A stretch of 64,000 nucleotides of DNA from Phycisphaeraceae bacterium (GCA_040905565.1 JBBDRF010000092.1:96001-160000), one strand, 5' to 3'. Numbered from the stretch's first letter, positions 1 to 10,029 are shown. Translations and numbers: made by a program. Notes: generated from the letters alone by a model not told the origin.

Positions 1-974
1 CCGTCCTCCGGGGCGGCAACATCACCCTGCTGATAGAAGACAAACAGCAGCAGCCCGACGATGAGGAACAGGAACGCGACGGGGACCGTCATGAAGATGC
101 CCGCAAGGGCGGAGCGTGCGCCTTGGGCAGCGTTGCGGCAGGTGAGCATCCGCTGGGTGAGATCCTGATCCGTGCCGTACGCACCGATGCCGATGAGCGT
201 GAAGCCGAACACGGCTGCGAGCAGCGTGTACGGCTGCGAGAAATCCAGCGAAAAGGAGATGAGCGTCAGTTTTGATTCGCCGGTGCCTGCGGTCGTCTCC
301 GCCAGCGTGGTCCATATCTCGGGGATTCCTGCGGGGATGAGATAGAGCAGCAGGAAGATTGAGAAAACGGCGGCGGAGATAAAGACGAATGACTGGATGA
401 CATCCGCCCAGACGACGGCTTCGATGCCGCCTGCGAAGGTGTAGACGATGCCGACCAGTGTGACGGCGAGGATGGCAAGGGTGACGTAGCCGGGCGCGGT
501 TTCGTTGAAGAAGAGGAAGGCGGCGGCGAGGGCGCCGATGTAGAGCCGAGCGCCGGAGGCGAAGACGCGGCCGACCATGAACATGGCTGAGGCGGTGCGT
601 TTGGCGGAGGGGCCGAAGCGGATCTCGAGGAAACTATAGACCGTCGCGACGTTGTGCTTATAGAAGACGGGGATGAAGACGAGGGCGACGATGACGGCGG
701 CGAGCATGGTGCCGATGAACGATGAGAGGTAGGCGAGGTTGCCGCCGTACGCGATGCCGGGCGCGCCGACGAAGGTGGTGGCGGAGATGGAGGTCGCCAT
801 GACCGAGAACGCAGCGGCCCATGCGGGGATGCGTCGGCCGGCGAGGAAGTAGTCGGTCGTGTCATGCTGCTCGCGGCGCGATAGCCACCAACTGGTCGCG
901 ATCAGCAGCAGAAGGTAGCTGCTGAGTACGAGCCAATCGAGAGGGACAAACGCTGCGAGCATCAAAGGGGCCAT
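1..974 (-). CDS. Sodium:solute symporter (SSS family), runs off the window edge
   Basis: Not in the ORF track. Manual minus-strand translation gives MAPLMLAAFVPLDWLVLSSYLLLL...DYFLAGRRIPAWAAAFSVMATSISATTFVGAPG...GGIEAVVWADVIQ, a typical SSS motif set. In-frame alternative starts at 962 and 986. Confidence 0.9.
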   Translation of the reverse strand, partial: MAPLMLAAFVPLDWLVLSSYLLLLIATSWWLSRREQHDTTDYFLAGRRIPAWAAAFSVMATSISATTFVGAPGIAYGGNLAYLSSFIGTMLAAVIVALVFIPVFYKHNVATVYSFLEIRFGPSAKRTASAMFMVGRVFASGARLYIGALAAAFLFFNETAPGYVTLAILAVTLVGIVYTFAGGIEAVVWADVIQSFVFISAAVFSIFLLLYLIPAGIPEIWTTLAETTAGTGESKLTLISFSLDFSQPYTLLAAVFGFTLIGIGAYGTDQDLTQRMLTCRNAAQGARSALAGIFMTVPVAFLFLIVGLLLFVFYQQGDVAAPED

Positions 975-1416
975 CTCCAGAATCATCGGCGAAAAGGGGC
1001 TGGGGTGAGGAAATTTCGCCTTAGGTGTTGTCGTATGGATACCGCTGCGGCGGCGAGGGTGCAACTGATTTATCGCGGGATTCTCTTGCCTGAAGCGTCA
1101 AACGCGACGGTGACACGGTCTGACGACGCACACACGTTGAATGAGTTACAGCCGCGGCGAGGCGGCACTCAGCCGAGGGGCGTGTGGCGGCAAAACGCGG
1201 CACCATACCGGCCGCAAATAGTGCTGTGAGAGCAAGAGCTTTCTATTCTCGCAAAGCTGCAGCCCGACGGGCCGCGCGAGGGCGGGGCGCACCGGATGTG
1301 GTGAGAATGGTAAGTCTCGTGGGACAACACCCAAAAGCATGGGCGTCGAAGGTTCGCGTCGACGGTGAAAAAAGTGAAAATTTTTTCGGTCCTCGACCAT
1401 TCAGCCGGGCGGCTGG

Positions 1417-1845
1417 TCACTCTTCGTCGGCAGCGCTCTGCACCAGTTCGTGACCGGCATCCTGCCACAGCTGCGTCCCGCCGCGGAAGTCGGCGACGTT
1501 GGCGTAGCCGACTGCCGTGAAACGCTTCGCCGCGGCGGAGGAGAGCGGGTCGGTCCAGCCACCGGCATAGACGATGATCTGCTGCGCCTGCGCCAACTGT
1601 GGATCGCGTGGGCGGATGTCGGGCAACGGGATGTTGATGGCCGACGGCAGGTGCCCTGCGGCATAGCGGTCGGCGGTGCGAACATCGACCAGCACGGTCT
1701 GCGGCTCTTCCATCGCTTGAAGCACGTAGCTCTCGCCGACGGACCTGAGGTTTCGGTCGGAGGTCTTCACGTCGTCGCAGCCGACGCCGAGCGTCATCGT
1801 CATCATCAGCAGGGTGCAGGCGAGGGTGGTAGGCAGCATGTTCAC
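1417..1845 (-). CDS. Rhodanese-like domain lipoprotein
   Basis: LVDVRTADRYAAGHLPSAINIP and DFRGGTQLW motifs; lipobox-like LGVGC after a hydrophobic stretch. GGAG lies 6 nt before GTG at 1845 (ATG alternative at 1839). The longer ORF-track start overlaps purE and was discarded. Confidence 0.8.
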   Translation of the reverse strand: MNMLPTTLACTLLMMTMTLGVGCDDVKTSDRNLRSVGESYVLQAMEEPQTVLVDVRTADRYAAGHLPSAINIPLPDIRPRDPQLAQAQQIIVYAGGWTDPLSSAAAKRFTAVGYANVADFRGGTQLWQDAGHELVQSAADEE

Positions 1846-2002
1846 GGTCGACTCCAGTCGCGGCAGCGGATGTAGGTAGTGCGGGTTCCTATTGATTCTG
1901 CCACAGAGCGGGATCGCGTGCCAGTGCCGTCTGGTGATGCGGTGGTTCGGAGCCTGCGAATGCGGTATTATTTGCGGTTTCGCCCTTTGCGAGGAATGAG
2001 AG

Positions 2003-2500
2003 ATGGCTGGAGCCGAAGCGTCGCCCGTGGTCGGTGTGATCATGGGCAGCAAATCAGATTGGCCGACGATGAAGCATGCTGCGGACGTGCTTGAGGAGTT
2101 CGGCGTCGCGCACGAAGCGAAGGTTGTCTCAGCCCATCGCACGCCTGAGTGGATGGCGCGGTACGCCGCCGAGGCGGAGGAGCGGGGGCTGAAAATCATC
2201 ATTGCCGGTGCGGGCGGAGCGGCTCATCTGCCGGGCATGGTGGCGGCGCAGACGGTGCTGCCGGTGCTGGGGGTGCCGATCCAGAGCCGGGCGCTCTCGG
2301 GCTGGGATTCGCTGTTGAGCATCGTGCAGATGCCCGCCGGGGTGCCGGTGGCGACGTTGGCGATCGGTGACGCCGGGGCGAAGAACGCCGCGCTGCTGGC
2401 TGTCAGCATTCTGGGGCTGGAGCAGCCGGGTCTGCTGAAAAAGCTGCACGCATATCGTGAGCAACACGCTGAAGCTGTGATGCAGGAGCCGCTATCGTGA
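2003..2500 (+). CDS. purE: N5-carboxyaminoimidazole ribonucleotide mutase
   Basis: [44 protein letters not shown]. Confidence 0.98.
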   Translation: MAGAEASPVVGVIMGSKSDWPTMKHAADVLEEFGVAHEAKVVSAHRTPEWMARYAAEAEERGLKIIIAGAGGAAHLPGMVAAQTVLPVLGVPIQSRALSGWDSLLSIVQMPAGVPVATLAIGDAGAKNAALLAVSILGLEQPGLLKKLHAYREQHAEAVMQEPLS

Positions 2501-3630
2501 GTGATCCCATCACGCCTGGTTCGATTGTGGGAGTGCTCGGCGGTGGCCAGCTCGGTCGCATGTTCGCCATTGCCGCCCGTCGCATGGGCTATGGTGTCCA
2601 CGTGTTCAGCCCGGATACCGACACGCCGACCGGCCACGTGGCCGACCTTGAGATCAAAGCCGATTACGACGACCTTGATGCCGTGGCGGCTTTCGCCAAA
2701 GGCGTCTCGGTGGTCTCGTTTGAATTCGAGAACGTGCCAGCCGCGACGGCTCAAGCAGCGGCCCGCCATGCGCCGCTTCGACCGGAAGGGCACGTGCTGC
2801 ACACGACGCAGAACCGGGTGCGGGAGAAGAATTTTCTGCGGTCGGCGGGGTTGCCCGTGGCACCGTTCGCTGCAGTGCGACATGCCGGTGAGGTGCGGGC
2901 GGCCCTGCGTGAGATCGGGACGCCGGCCGTGCTGAAGACCGCGTCGTGGGGATACGACGGCAAAGGCCAGATCGTTATCGCCAACGAAAGCGAGGCAGCC
3001 TCGGCGTGGGACGCGCTGGGGACAGACGAAGCGGTCGTCGAAGCGTTCATCGATTTCGATTGCGAACTCAGCGTCGTCGCGGCCCGCGGGGTTGATGGCG
3101 AAGTCGTCTGCTATGCCCCCTCTGTTAACACGCATCGCAATCACATTCTCGATCTCAGCGTCAGTCCCGCGCCTGTCCCGGCGGAGACGGCGGCCGATGC
3201 GGTGGAAATCGCCCGGACCGTGCTCGAGAAGCTCGGCGTGGTCGGCGTGATGTGCATCGAGTTCTTCCTCACCCGCAACGGCCGATTGATGATCAACGAA
3301 CTGGCCCCGCGGCCTCACAACTCCGGGCATCTAACGATTGACGCTCATGTCACCTGCCAGTTCGAGCAGCAGCTTCGGGCGATCTGCGGCCTGCCGCTCG
3401 GATCGGTCCGCCCGCACGGCCCGGCGGCCATGGCGAACCTGCTCGGCGACCTGTGGCTTGAGGGGGAAATGAACTGGCGACGCGTCGCGGCAATGGACGA
3501 CGTCAAAATTCACCTCTACGGTAAGAGAGAGGCCCGGCGCGGTCGGAAGATGGGCCACCTTACCGTCTTAGCTGACACCGCCGAGGCCGCCGCGACGCGG
3601 GTGCTTGAAGCCCGTGCCGCGCTGCACTGA
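2497..3630 (+). CDS. purK: N5-carboxyaminoimidazole ribonucleotide synthase
   Basis: [38 protein letters not shown]...GRKMGH; GTGA overlap with purE. Confidence 0.98.
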   Translation: MSDPITPGSIVGVLGGGQLGRMFAIAARRMGYGVHVFSPDTDTPTGHVADLEIKADYDDLDAVAAFAKGVSVVSFEFENVPAATAQAAARHAPLRPEGHVLHTTQNRVREKNFLRSAGLPVAPFAAVRHAGEVRAALREIGTPAVLKTASWGYDGKGQIVIANESEAASAWDALGTDEAVVEAFIDFDCELSVVAARGVDGEVVCYAPSVNTHRNHILDLSVSPAPVPAETAADAVEIARTVLEKLGVVGVMCIEFFLTRNGRLMINELAPRPHNSGHLTIDAHVTCQFEQQLRAICGLPLGSVRPHGPAAMANLLGDLWLEGEMNWRRVAAMDDVKIHLYGKREARRGRKMGHLTVLADTAEAAATRVLEARAALH

Positions 3631-3666
3631 GACGGCTGGAACCTCAATCTGGGCGGGTGGATCGTC

Positions 3667-4221
3667 ATGCTTATGCTTGATGCGTACAACGTGTTGCACT
3701 GTTCGTACGTTCTGCCCGACCGGTACGCGATGGTCGACCCGGCGGGGCTGTGCGAGATGATTCGCAGCAGCGGGCTCAGCGCACGCGGGGGGAACGGTGG
3801 GGCGGTCGTCGTCTGCGACGGTGCTCCCAAGCCTCACGAACGATCGGACGACGGGGGCGGGGGCGTCGATCTCGTTTACGCTGGACCGGGGCGAGATGCC
3901 GACACGCTGCTGGAGCAGATGATCGCGCGCGATACGGCTCCGAGACAATTGATCGTCGTCTCGAATGATCGGCGCATCCGCCGGGCTGCCCGCCGACGGC
4001 GGGCGGGGGTGCTGGACAGCCAGGTGTTCCTGAGGCGGCTCGCGGGCAGCATGCGAGGCAGTCGACGCTTCGCGATGCCGGAGAAACCGACGCCCTCCGA
4101 GACGAATGCCTGGCTGAAGGAATTCGGCTACGACGCGGAAGTTCCCGACAAAGCCGAGCCGGATGACGACACGCAGACCCGGCACTGGATGCGTGAGTTC
4201 GGTTTCGACGACGAACCATAA
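3667..4221 (+). CDS. NYN (YacP/Rae1-like) PIN-fold ribonuclease domain protein
   Basis: Acidic motifs LDAYNVLH, VVCDG, DADTLL, VVSNDRRI; C-terminal WLKEFG/WMREFG repeats. Confidence 0.8.
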   Translation: MLMLDAYNVLHCSYVLPDRYAMVDPAGLCEMIRSSGLSARGGNGGAVVVCDGAPKPHERSDDGGGGVDLVYAGPGRDADTLLEQMIARDTAPRQLIVVSNDRRIRRAARRRRAGVLDSQVFLRRLAGSMRGSRRFAMPEKPTPSETNAWLKEFGYDAEVPDKAEPDDDTQTRHWMREFGFDDEP

Positions 4222-4251
4222 AAAAAGCCCACGGCGCGATGCCGTGGGCTT
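4220..4251 (-). terminator. Rho-independent terminator between convergent genes
   Basis: 11-bp stem AAGCCCACGGC / GCCGTGGGCTT with a 5-nt loop, followed by a T-run on the minus strand. Confidence 0.85.
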
Positions 4252-4274
4252 CGTAATGGTCATCGAGTTTGTGA

Positions 4275-5642
4275 TCAGGCGCTGGCGAAGCCTGGCACTT
4301 CCCAGCCGGCCCGGTAGGAGCGGCGGAGGTAGTGGTCGGCTTCGGGGTTGTAGGGGAAACGCAACGCCGTCGCGTCCCACGTCAGATCAACATCGGGAAC
4401 GCGGATGGCGACGGTGCCCAGCAGGACGGTCTCGCTCATCGGGCCGGAGATGCTGAAGTCGCTGCGGCTTGTTTCACCGGCTCGAATGGCATCCACGAAA
4501 TCGTGATAGTGGTGCCCGGCGGGAAGTTCAGGCCGGGGCTGCTCACGGAACTGCTCGCGGGGGAGCAGCATCGGCGCGCCGCCGTTGGGCAGAAGCAGAG
4601 CACCTTCGGTGCCGAGCCACAGCGCGGATTCGGGCGGATAGTTCTCGCTGGGGGCCATCGCGAGAACCTCCTCGGGCGGATAAAAATGGCCATCGTACCA
4701 GTCCATTTCGATGTCGCCGTCGGTCAGTTCATTGCCCGGGAAGGTCCAGACGATGTGGTCGCTCTGGGGCCAGGTATCACGGCGGCGATCGGGTGAACGT
4801 TGCCAGGATTCCTGAACGCGTGCGGTCACCTTCGAAGGCGCGCGAAGGCCGAGCGAAACCCACGGGGCGTGCATGAGGTGGCAGCCGATATCGCCGGACC
4901 AGCCCGTGCCGAAATCTTGCCAGGCGCGCCACTTCATCGAGTGGTAGATGCCGTTGTTGAAGTGGCGTTCAGGCGCGGTGCCGAGCCAGAGATCCCAGTT
5001 GAGGTTTTCGGGGATGGGGTCGGCCGTGGCGGGGCGGGGGCCCTCGAGGCGGTAGGCTTCGATGGCACCGGGACGGTTGGAACACAGCACGACGCGCTGA
5101 ATCTTGCCGATCACGCCTTCACGGATGTAGTGTTCGGCCATGCGGCTGCCGGTGGTCGAAGCGGCCTGGGTCCCGAGTTGCGTGTGGACGCCTGCGTCGG
5201 CCGCGGCCTGCGTGAGGGCGCGGACTTCAGCGACATCGTGACACATCGGCTTCTGGCAGTAGACGTGCTTGCCCTTGCGGATCAGCGCCATGGCGATGGG
5301 GAAGTGCATGTGATCGGGGACGGAGGCGTTGGCCATGTCGATCTTGTCGCCCTCGGCTTCGATCAGCTCGCGCCAGTCGTCATACTTGGTCGCTTCGGGG
5401 TGATCGTTGCCGGCCCCATCGAGGCGGCTGCGGTCGACATCGCAGAGGGCGGCGATGCGCACATGCTCATGGCCGGCAAAGTTCTGCCGATCGACGCCGC
5501 CCATGCCGCCGACGCCGATGACCGCGTGGTTGAGTTTGCTGTTCGGCGATGCGGCGCGAATCAGCGGCGAGGCCGCGCCCATGGCGAAAACGCCTGCGGT
5601 GGCTTTCACGAATGTCCGTCGACCGTACTTGTTGCGTAACAT
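4275..5642 (-). CDS. Tat-exported Gfo/Idh/MocA oxidoreductase
   Basis: GRRTFVK twin-arginine signal; IGVGGMG, PDHMH, HVYCQKP, WDLWLGTAP, DIGCH. GGAG lies 7 nt before ATG at 5642. Confidence 0.92.
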   Translation of the reverse strand: MLRNKYGRRTFVKATAGVFAMGAASPLIRAASPNSKLNHAVIGVGGMGGVDRQNFAGHEHVRIAALCDVDRSRLDGAGNDHPEATKYDDWRELIEAEGDKIDMANASVPDHMHFPIAMALIRKGKHVYCQKPMCHDVAEVRALTQAAADAGVHTQLGTQAASTTGSRMAEHYIREGVIGKIQRVVLCSNRPGAIEAYRLEGPRPATADPIPENLNWDLWLGTAPERHFNNGIYHSMKWRAWQDFGTGWSGDIGCHLMHAPWVSLGLRAPSKVTARVQESWQRSPDRRRDTWPQSDHIVWTFPGNELTDGDIEMDWYDGHFYPPEEVLAMAPSENYPPESALWLGTEGALLLPNGGAPMLLPREQFREQPRPELPAGHHYHDFVDAIRAGETSRSDFSISGPMSETVLLGTVAIRVPDVDLTWDATALRFPYNPEADHYLRRSYRAGWEVPGFASA

Positions 5643-5707
5643 AGGCTTGCTCCGATAAGGCTCTGATCTCATGCACCGGATGAGACCGGTTTAAACGTGC
5701 TGCGAGG

Positions 5708-5721
5708 CATTGTATACAATG
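5708..5721. promoter_or_regulatory. Perfect 14-bp palindrome CATTGTATACAATG, candidate GntR/FadR-type operator
   Basis: AT-rich perfect palindrome about 65 bp upstream of the oxidoreductase start; the TGTATACA core resembles GntR-family sites. Confidence 0.55.
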
Positions 5722-5805
5722 GCCATGGTAACGTCACGTCGAACGGAGGGGAAGCATCAAAAAAGTTTTATGCAGATGCTTCTCCAGTGCCGCGGCCAGA
5801 TGGCG

Positions 5806-6132
5806 TCAGGCCGAGGCAGGCTCGATGGAGTCGTAGATCAGCACCTTGGTCCAGCAGTGCTTGAAATTGGCGACGAAAGCCTGGTGCACCGCGTCATCGT
5901 CCGACTGGTAACGCGCGTGGGCCTCGGCGTCGGGAAAAACCGCCAGCAGCTGCGCGCTGTAGCTATTGTCGACCACATCGCGTGGTGTCCCCGCAGGCAC
6001 GGCGACCCGGCAGCTTTCCATGTTCGCACTCTGCCCCAGCGACCGAATCCCCTGAAGCACCTTTTCGAACGCAGCACCTTCCTGGTGCTCGGGCTTCATC
6101 CAGAAATGAACGCAGTGGTAAAACTTCGACAT
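5806..6132 (-). CDS. Dabb family (stress-responsive alpha/beta barrel) protein
   Basis: MSKFYHCVHFWMK...RDVVDNSY...AHARYQ...VHQAFV...KVLIYDS; AAGGAG RBS before ATG at 6132. Confidence 0.85.
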   Translation of the reverse strand: MSKFYHCVHFWMKPEHQEGAAFEKVLQGIRSLGQSANMESCRVAVPAGTPRDVVDNSYSAQLLAVFPDAEAHARYQSDDDAVHQAFVANFKHCWTKVLIYDSIEPASA

Positions 6133-6237
6133 GATCGACTCCTTGATTCGTTCTTGAGGGGGTTCGGCTCGCGCCTGATTCTGCACATCATCTCGACGCT
6201 GTCGACCCGGCCTATGCATCCTGCGGTGCCGGCGCGG

Positions 6238-6759
6238 TCAGGGCGACGGCGCATCGGGCGCGTTGTGTTGATCGCGACCTGAAGGCGCGGAGGCGCTGAG
6301 ATCCGTCACGCCTTCGGGCATCTCGGCGGCTACTTCCACCGGCGGCTGGGCGGCCCGAATCCGCTGGTAGAGTTCATCAAGAAAACGCCTCATTCGGCCC
6401 GGCGTGGCGATGGCCAGATAGGTGCGCCACGTGCCGTCGCGTTCGATCATGATGTGCGTCTTGCCGCAGATGAAAGACCAGGTAAGCATGGCGACGGCAG
6501 CCGCGACCAGACACCAGCCGATCGTCGATGCCACCGGCTCGTCCACCAGTTGGAGAAGCAGGCCCGGCGTCACAAGCAGGACCAGAACCAGCAGGATGCG
6601 CGCCACCGGGATCGTGCGATACACGACCACAGCACCGACGCGATCGTAGTAGGTCCGCCAGACTCGGTCGGACACGTAATCGTGTTCGATGTACATCAGG
6701 CAGTGCTCCTGCGTACGCAGGGTGCTGCGGTGCATCAGACTGTTGTAGCTTATTTTCAA
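6238..6759 (-). CDS. Two-TM membrane protein of the MoxR/RDD cluster
   Basis: Two hydrophobic segments; start overlaps the stop of the upstream gene. Confidence 0.7.
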   Translation of the reverse strand: MKISYNSLMHRSTLRTQEHCLMYIEHDYVSDRVWRTYYDRVGAVVVYRTIPVARILLVLVLLVTPGLLLQLVDEPVASTIGWCLVAAAVAMLTWSFICGKTHIMIERDGTWRTYLAIATPGRMRRFLDELYQRIRAAQPPVEVAAEMPEGVTDLSASAPSGRDQHNAPDAPSP

Positions 6760-7346
6760 GACCAGAATAGTCCCATGAAACCAACAACTGTGAGCAGGAT
6801 GATGGCTCCGAAAGCCACCGTGACGAGCACGACGCGCGCGGTGCTGACCATCTCCCGGTACACCGCCGACGTCGCACGCAGGCGGAACATCCGGTAGTAG
6901 TTATAAAACGCCAGCGGAATCAGCACGGGGGCGGCCCAGAAAACAATAGAGCACAAGAGGTAGACAATGGCGGCGCGATCGGGCCTGGGGAGCGTGCGGT
7001 CGAACGCTTCGCTGAGCTGCTCTTTTCCCCCGGCTTCGAGGTACTGGGCGCTGTAGATCGCGTTGTTCAGATCGACGCTGCACAGTTGGCAGATGTAGTC
7101 ACCGCTTCCGGCACAGATGTTCACCGCCTGCTTGGCCGGATGGTGGATGCAGGCGGCTTCCTCGGGGAGCGCGGGGGCCGCTTCCTCGGCCTGTTTCGGT
7201 GCGGGATTGAACCGCTCGGCCCGAAGCTTCATCTTGCAGTCACGGCAGTACGTCGGCCGACCGCTCGGCACGCCGAGGCGCGTTTCGCAGCGTGGGCAGT
7301 TGATGACGACAGCATCGGCCTGGGTCGTTTGCGTACTCATGGGCAT
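6756..7346 (-). CDS. Zn-ribbon plus B-box-like Zn-finger membrane protein
   Basis: CPRC...CRDC, then CIHHP-x7-CAGS-x4-CQLC; two C-terminal TM segments. Confidence 0.75.
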   Translation of the reverse strand: MPMSTQTTQADAVVINCPRCETRLGVPSGRPTYCRDCKMKLRAERFNPAPKQAEEAAPALPEEAACIHHPAKQAVNICAGSGDYICQLCSVDLNNAIYSAQYLEAGGKEQLSEAFDRTLPRPDRAAIVYLLCSIVFWAAPVLIPLAFYNYYRMFRLRATSAVYREMVSTARVVLVTVAFGAIILLTVVGFMGLFWS

Positions 7347-8050
7347 CAGTCGCTTGTGACGACGCGGGTGCTGGCGAGCCGATCATGAATCGCCCGTTGC
7401 TGGGCCCGGTCGACGAGCGCCATGACAACGCTGACGATGAAGTACCCACTGGCGAGTACGCCCACCACAATATCCCAGGTCGGTGCAGCATCTGTGAAGA
7501 GGAAAACGGGGATAAGCGCGAGCAAACTCGGGCCGTGGTAGAGCAGCGATCGTATGAACGCGGTCTGCATAGAGATGGGCTGACCGTCGTCGCTGACGAC
7601 TTTGATCTTGCCCGCCATCTTCCCGAGCGTCTGCCCCCACTTGCCGTGGAAATAGGTTTGATAGGCGATGAAGGCAATATTAAGAGCTAGCGTCGTTATC
7701 CATATTCTCAGCATCAAATCAGCCATGACCGTGGAGTCGGGAGCGCGGAGTTCAGCTTGCGTTACGCCACCCATCGTGGAGACCCCCACCATCGCCCCCA
7801 CGATCCAATTAATAATGCCGAAGATCAGCCCATCGACGAACAGACAGGCGAAGCGTCGGAGGATGGTGGGCCGTTCCAGTTCGCCGGGCAGCAGTTCGCC
7901 GCTGCGAAGCTTCTCCATGAGCTCCGCTTTGCCCTCGGCACAGACGGTATAGCCCTGGATGGTGACGACTTCGTCGGGGCTGACCATGTTGCCGGTGATG
8001 TCGCAACGGACCAGGTCCGGCTGGTCGGTCGGTGGTTCGATAGAACTCAT
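7346..8050 (-). CDS. RDD family protein with degenerate N-terminal Zn finger
   Basis: RRFACLFVD, GQTLGKM, IRSL, QRAIHDRLASTRVV; N-terminal CDIT...VCAEGK. Confidence 0.9.
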   Translation of the reverse strand: MSSIEPPTDQPDLVRCDITGNMVSPDEVVTIQGYTVCAEGKAELMEKLRSGELLPGELERPTILRRFACLFVDGLIFGIINWIVGAMVGVSTMGGVTQAELRAPDSTVMADLMLRIWITTLALNIAFIAYQTYFHGKWGQTLGKMAGKIKVVSDDGQPISMQTAFIRSLLYHGPSLLALIPVFLFTDAAPTWDIVVGVLASGYFIVSVVMALVDRAQQRAIHDRLASTRVVTSD

Positions 8051-8139
8051 GGGTGTTACCTCGGCTTTGAAAACGGAAGAGCGTGAAACAGCTGTTCAGT
8101 GTGGGAAGTATGCGCGATGGGGGGGCATGCGTCTAAACG

Positions 8140-8895
8140 TTATTTTCCGGTCGGCATCTGCTGCGTGTTCTGGATGACCAGTGCGAGGTTGACGATGGTC
8201 TGCTCGTCGCTGAGGTAGTCCAGATCGTCCGGCAGATTCAGGCGACGGCGCAGAATATCCGCAGCTTGTGCGAAGAGCTTTGAGCGGACGTCCGGATCGA
8301 AATGGTCCCGGCGAAGGGTCAGTTCGTAGATGAGGTCCCGCTCGTCGCGCGTGATGCGATTGGTGATGCGCTGGCGAAGGCTGGGATCGGTCTGGAAGGT
8401 GTTCAGCCGTTCCTGCTGTGTGGGCAGGGCGGTGGGGACGTGGGCGCGGACATCACGCACGACCATGGTCTCGGCGACCATATCCCCGAGCCGACGGCCG
8501 AGCGGATCCAGCCAGGCGACGATGCCGCCGAGCACCATCGGGTAGGGCAGTGAATCGACGGGTCTGAGGAGGTTTCGGATGAGGACATCGTTGAACTGGA
8601 GTTTGCCGCCGCGTGCACTGACAACGCGCAGGCCCATGAGGCGTTTGCCGGGCGATTGCCCTGCCCAGCGTAATTCGCAATACAGGTAGTAGCCGAAGTC
8701 CATCACGAAGATGAGGGCGAAGATGGCGGCCAGGCCGAGTTCGCCGCCGCCGCTGGCGAATGCCCAGACGATCAACAGACGCAACACAAGGAGGATGGCC
8801 TGGTCGGCGGTCCATGCGACGGCGCGCGTCGCCAGGCCGGCCGCGGTGTAGCGGAAGCGGACCTGCTCGGGCGTGACGATGGTGTGGTATCGCAC
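8140..8895 (-). CDS. RDD family protein
   Basis: TPEQVRF, RAVAWTAD, GQSPGKRLMGLRVV, IRNLLRPVD, RRLGDMVAETMVV. The GTG start at 8895 is 6 nt after TGGTATCAT. Confidence 0.9.
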   Translation of the reverse strand: MRYHTIVTPEQVRFRYTAAGLATRAVAWTADQAILLVLRLLIVWAFASGGGELGLAAIFALIFVMDFGYYLYCELRWAGQSPGKRLMGLRVVSARGGKLQFNDVLIRNLLRPVDSLPYPMVLGGIVAWLDPLGRRLGDMVAETMVVRDVRAHVPTALPTQQERLNTFQTDPSLRQRITNRITRDERDLIYELTLRRDHFDPDVRSKLFAQAADILRRRLNLPDDLDYLSDEQTIVNLALVIQNTQQMPTGK

Positions 8896-9003
8896 GCCGA
8901 CATGATACCAGCCCACGACGGAGCGGTGGGGCGGTTGCAGGCTGGCAGATATGCGATCGCTGCGGCGCTTGTTTTGCGGGGGTCAGGGTGTCACAATTCG
9001 CCG

Positions 9004-10026
9004 GTGCAGATCAATCAGCTTATCCAGTCGCGTCGTGGTCGATGGCAGCAGCTTGCCCGGTTGCTGGATCGTGTGGACGCGGGCGGGCTTGAGTCGCTGG
9101 ATGCGTCAGAGTGTGAGGAACTGTTCGCCCTGTATCGGCTGGTTTCGAGCGATCTAAACCTGATCCAGACGCGGACAGCGAACCCGGCGATGACCGAATA
9201 CCTCGAAGGTCTGGTCGCTAGGGCCTACGCCTGCGTCTGCGTGCCGAAGCAGGGCAACGCGTTCGTCGCGTGGTGGCGCATCATGCGTCATCGCTTCCCC
9301 GCGACGGTTCGGGCGGAGTGGCGGCTGGTGGCCATGGCGGCACTGGCCATGACGGCGGGGATTATCTTCGGGTTCATCTGGACCGTTGTTGAGCCGGAGA
9401 CGGTGGAGATATTCGTCAGCCCATTCCCCGGCCATCTCACGCAGACGCCCTCGGAGCGTGTGGCGGAGCTTGAGGAACTGGAGCGATCGGGTGAGGCAGC
9501 GATTGGCTCGGCCGGCGAACATGCTGCGTTTTCGAGCATGCTTTTTACGCACAACATCCGCGTCACGGTGCTGGGTTTTGCGCTGGGGCTGACGTTCGGC
9601 ATGGGCACGATCGTGATGCTGTTTTTCAACGGCACCATCCTGGGTTCGCTGGGGGCGTGGTATCTCGAAGATGGGGTGGGCACGTTTTTCGTGGCGTGGG
9701 TGGGGCCGCATGGATCGGTTGAGTTGCCCTGCATCGTGCTCGGCTGTGCCGCGGGGCTGATTCTGGCGCGGGCGCAGCTGCAACGTGACGGCGGATCACT
9801 GGCGACGCGGCTCCGCCGCCGGCGCGGGGCGCTGGTGAACCTGCTGATCGGCACGGCGACGCTGCTGGTGATCGCGGGCATCGTGGAAGGCGGCTTCAGC
9901 CAGATCAACGAGCCGACGCTGCCGTACTGGCTGAAGATCGCAGTGGCGGGGTGCCTGTTCGCGATGCTCCTGCTGTACCTCTTCGTGATGCCCGTGCGTG
10001 ATGACACCGACATGCAGGCGGCCTGA
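9004..10026 (+). CDS. Stage II sporulation protein M (SpoIIM/DUF95) family membrane protein
   Basis: W..L..LL, LYRLVSSDL, YLEGLVARA, LFTHNIRV, FFNG, PHGSVEL, AGIVEG. The GTG start at 9004 follows TTGTTT-N17-CACAAT. Confidence 0.9.
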   Translation: MQINQLIQSRRGRWQQLARLLDRVDAGGLESLDASECEELFALYRLVSSDLNLIQTRTANPAMTEYLEGLVARAYACVCVPKQGNAFVAWWRIMRHRFPATVRAEWRLVAMAALAMTAGIIFGFIWTVVEPETVEIFVSPFPGHLTQTPSERVAELEELERSGEAAIGSAGEHAAFSSMLFTHNIRVTVLGFALGLTFGMGTIVMLFFNGTILGSLGAWYLEDGVGTFFVAWVGPHGSVELPCIVLGCAAGLILARAQLQRDGGSLATRLRRRRGALVNLLIGTATLLVIAGIVEGGFSQINEPTLPYWLKIAVAGCLFAMLLLYLFVMPVRDDTDMQAA

Positions 10027-10029
10027 AAG

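Noticed and set aside
983..990. GCCGATGA (sigma28 -10-like) upstream of the symporter
   Set aside because: No TAAA/CAAG-like -35 at 15-nt spacing, and it overlaps a possible start region.
5748..5785. Inverted repeat GGGGAAGCATC...GATGCTTCTCC downstream of the Dabb gene
   Set aside because: 16-nt loop and no U-tail after the stem, so it cannot be called a terminator or element.
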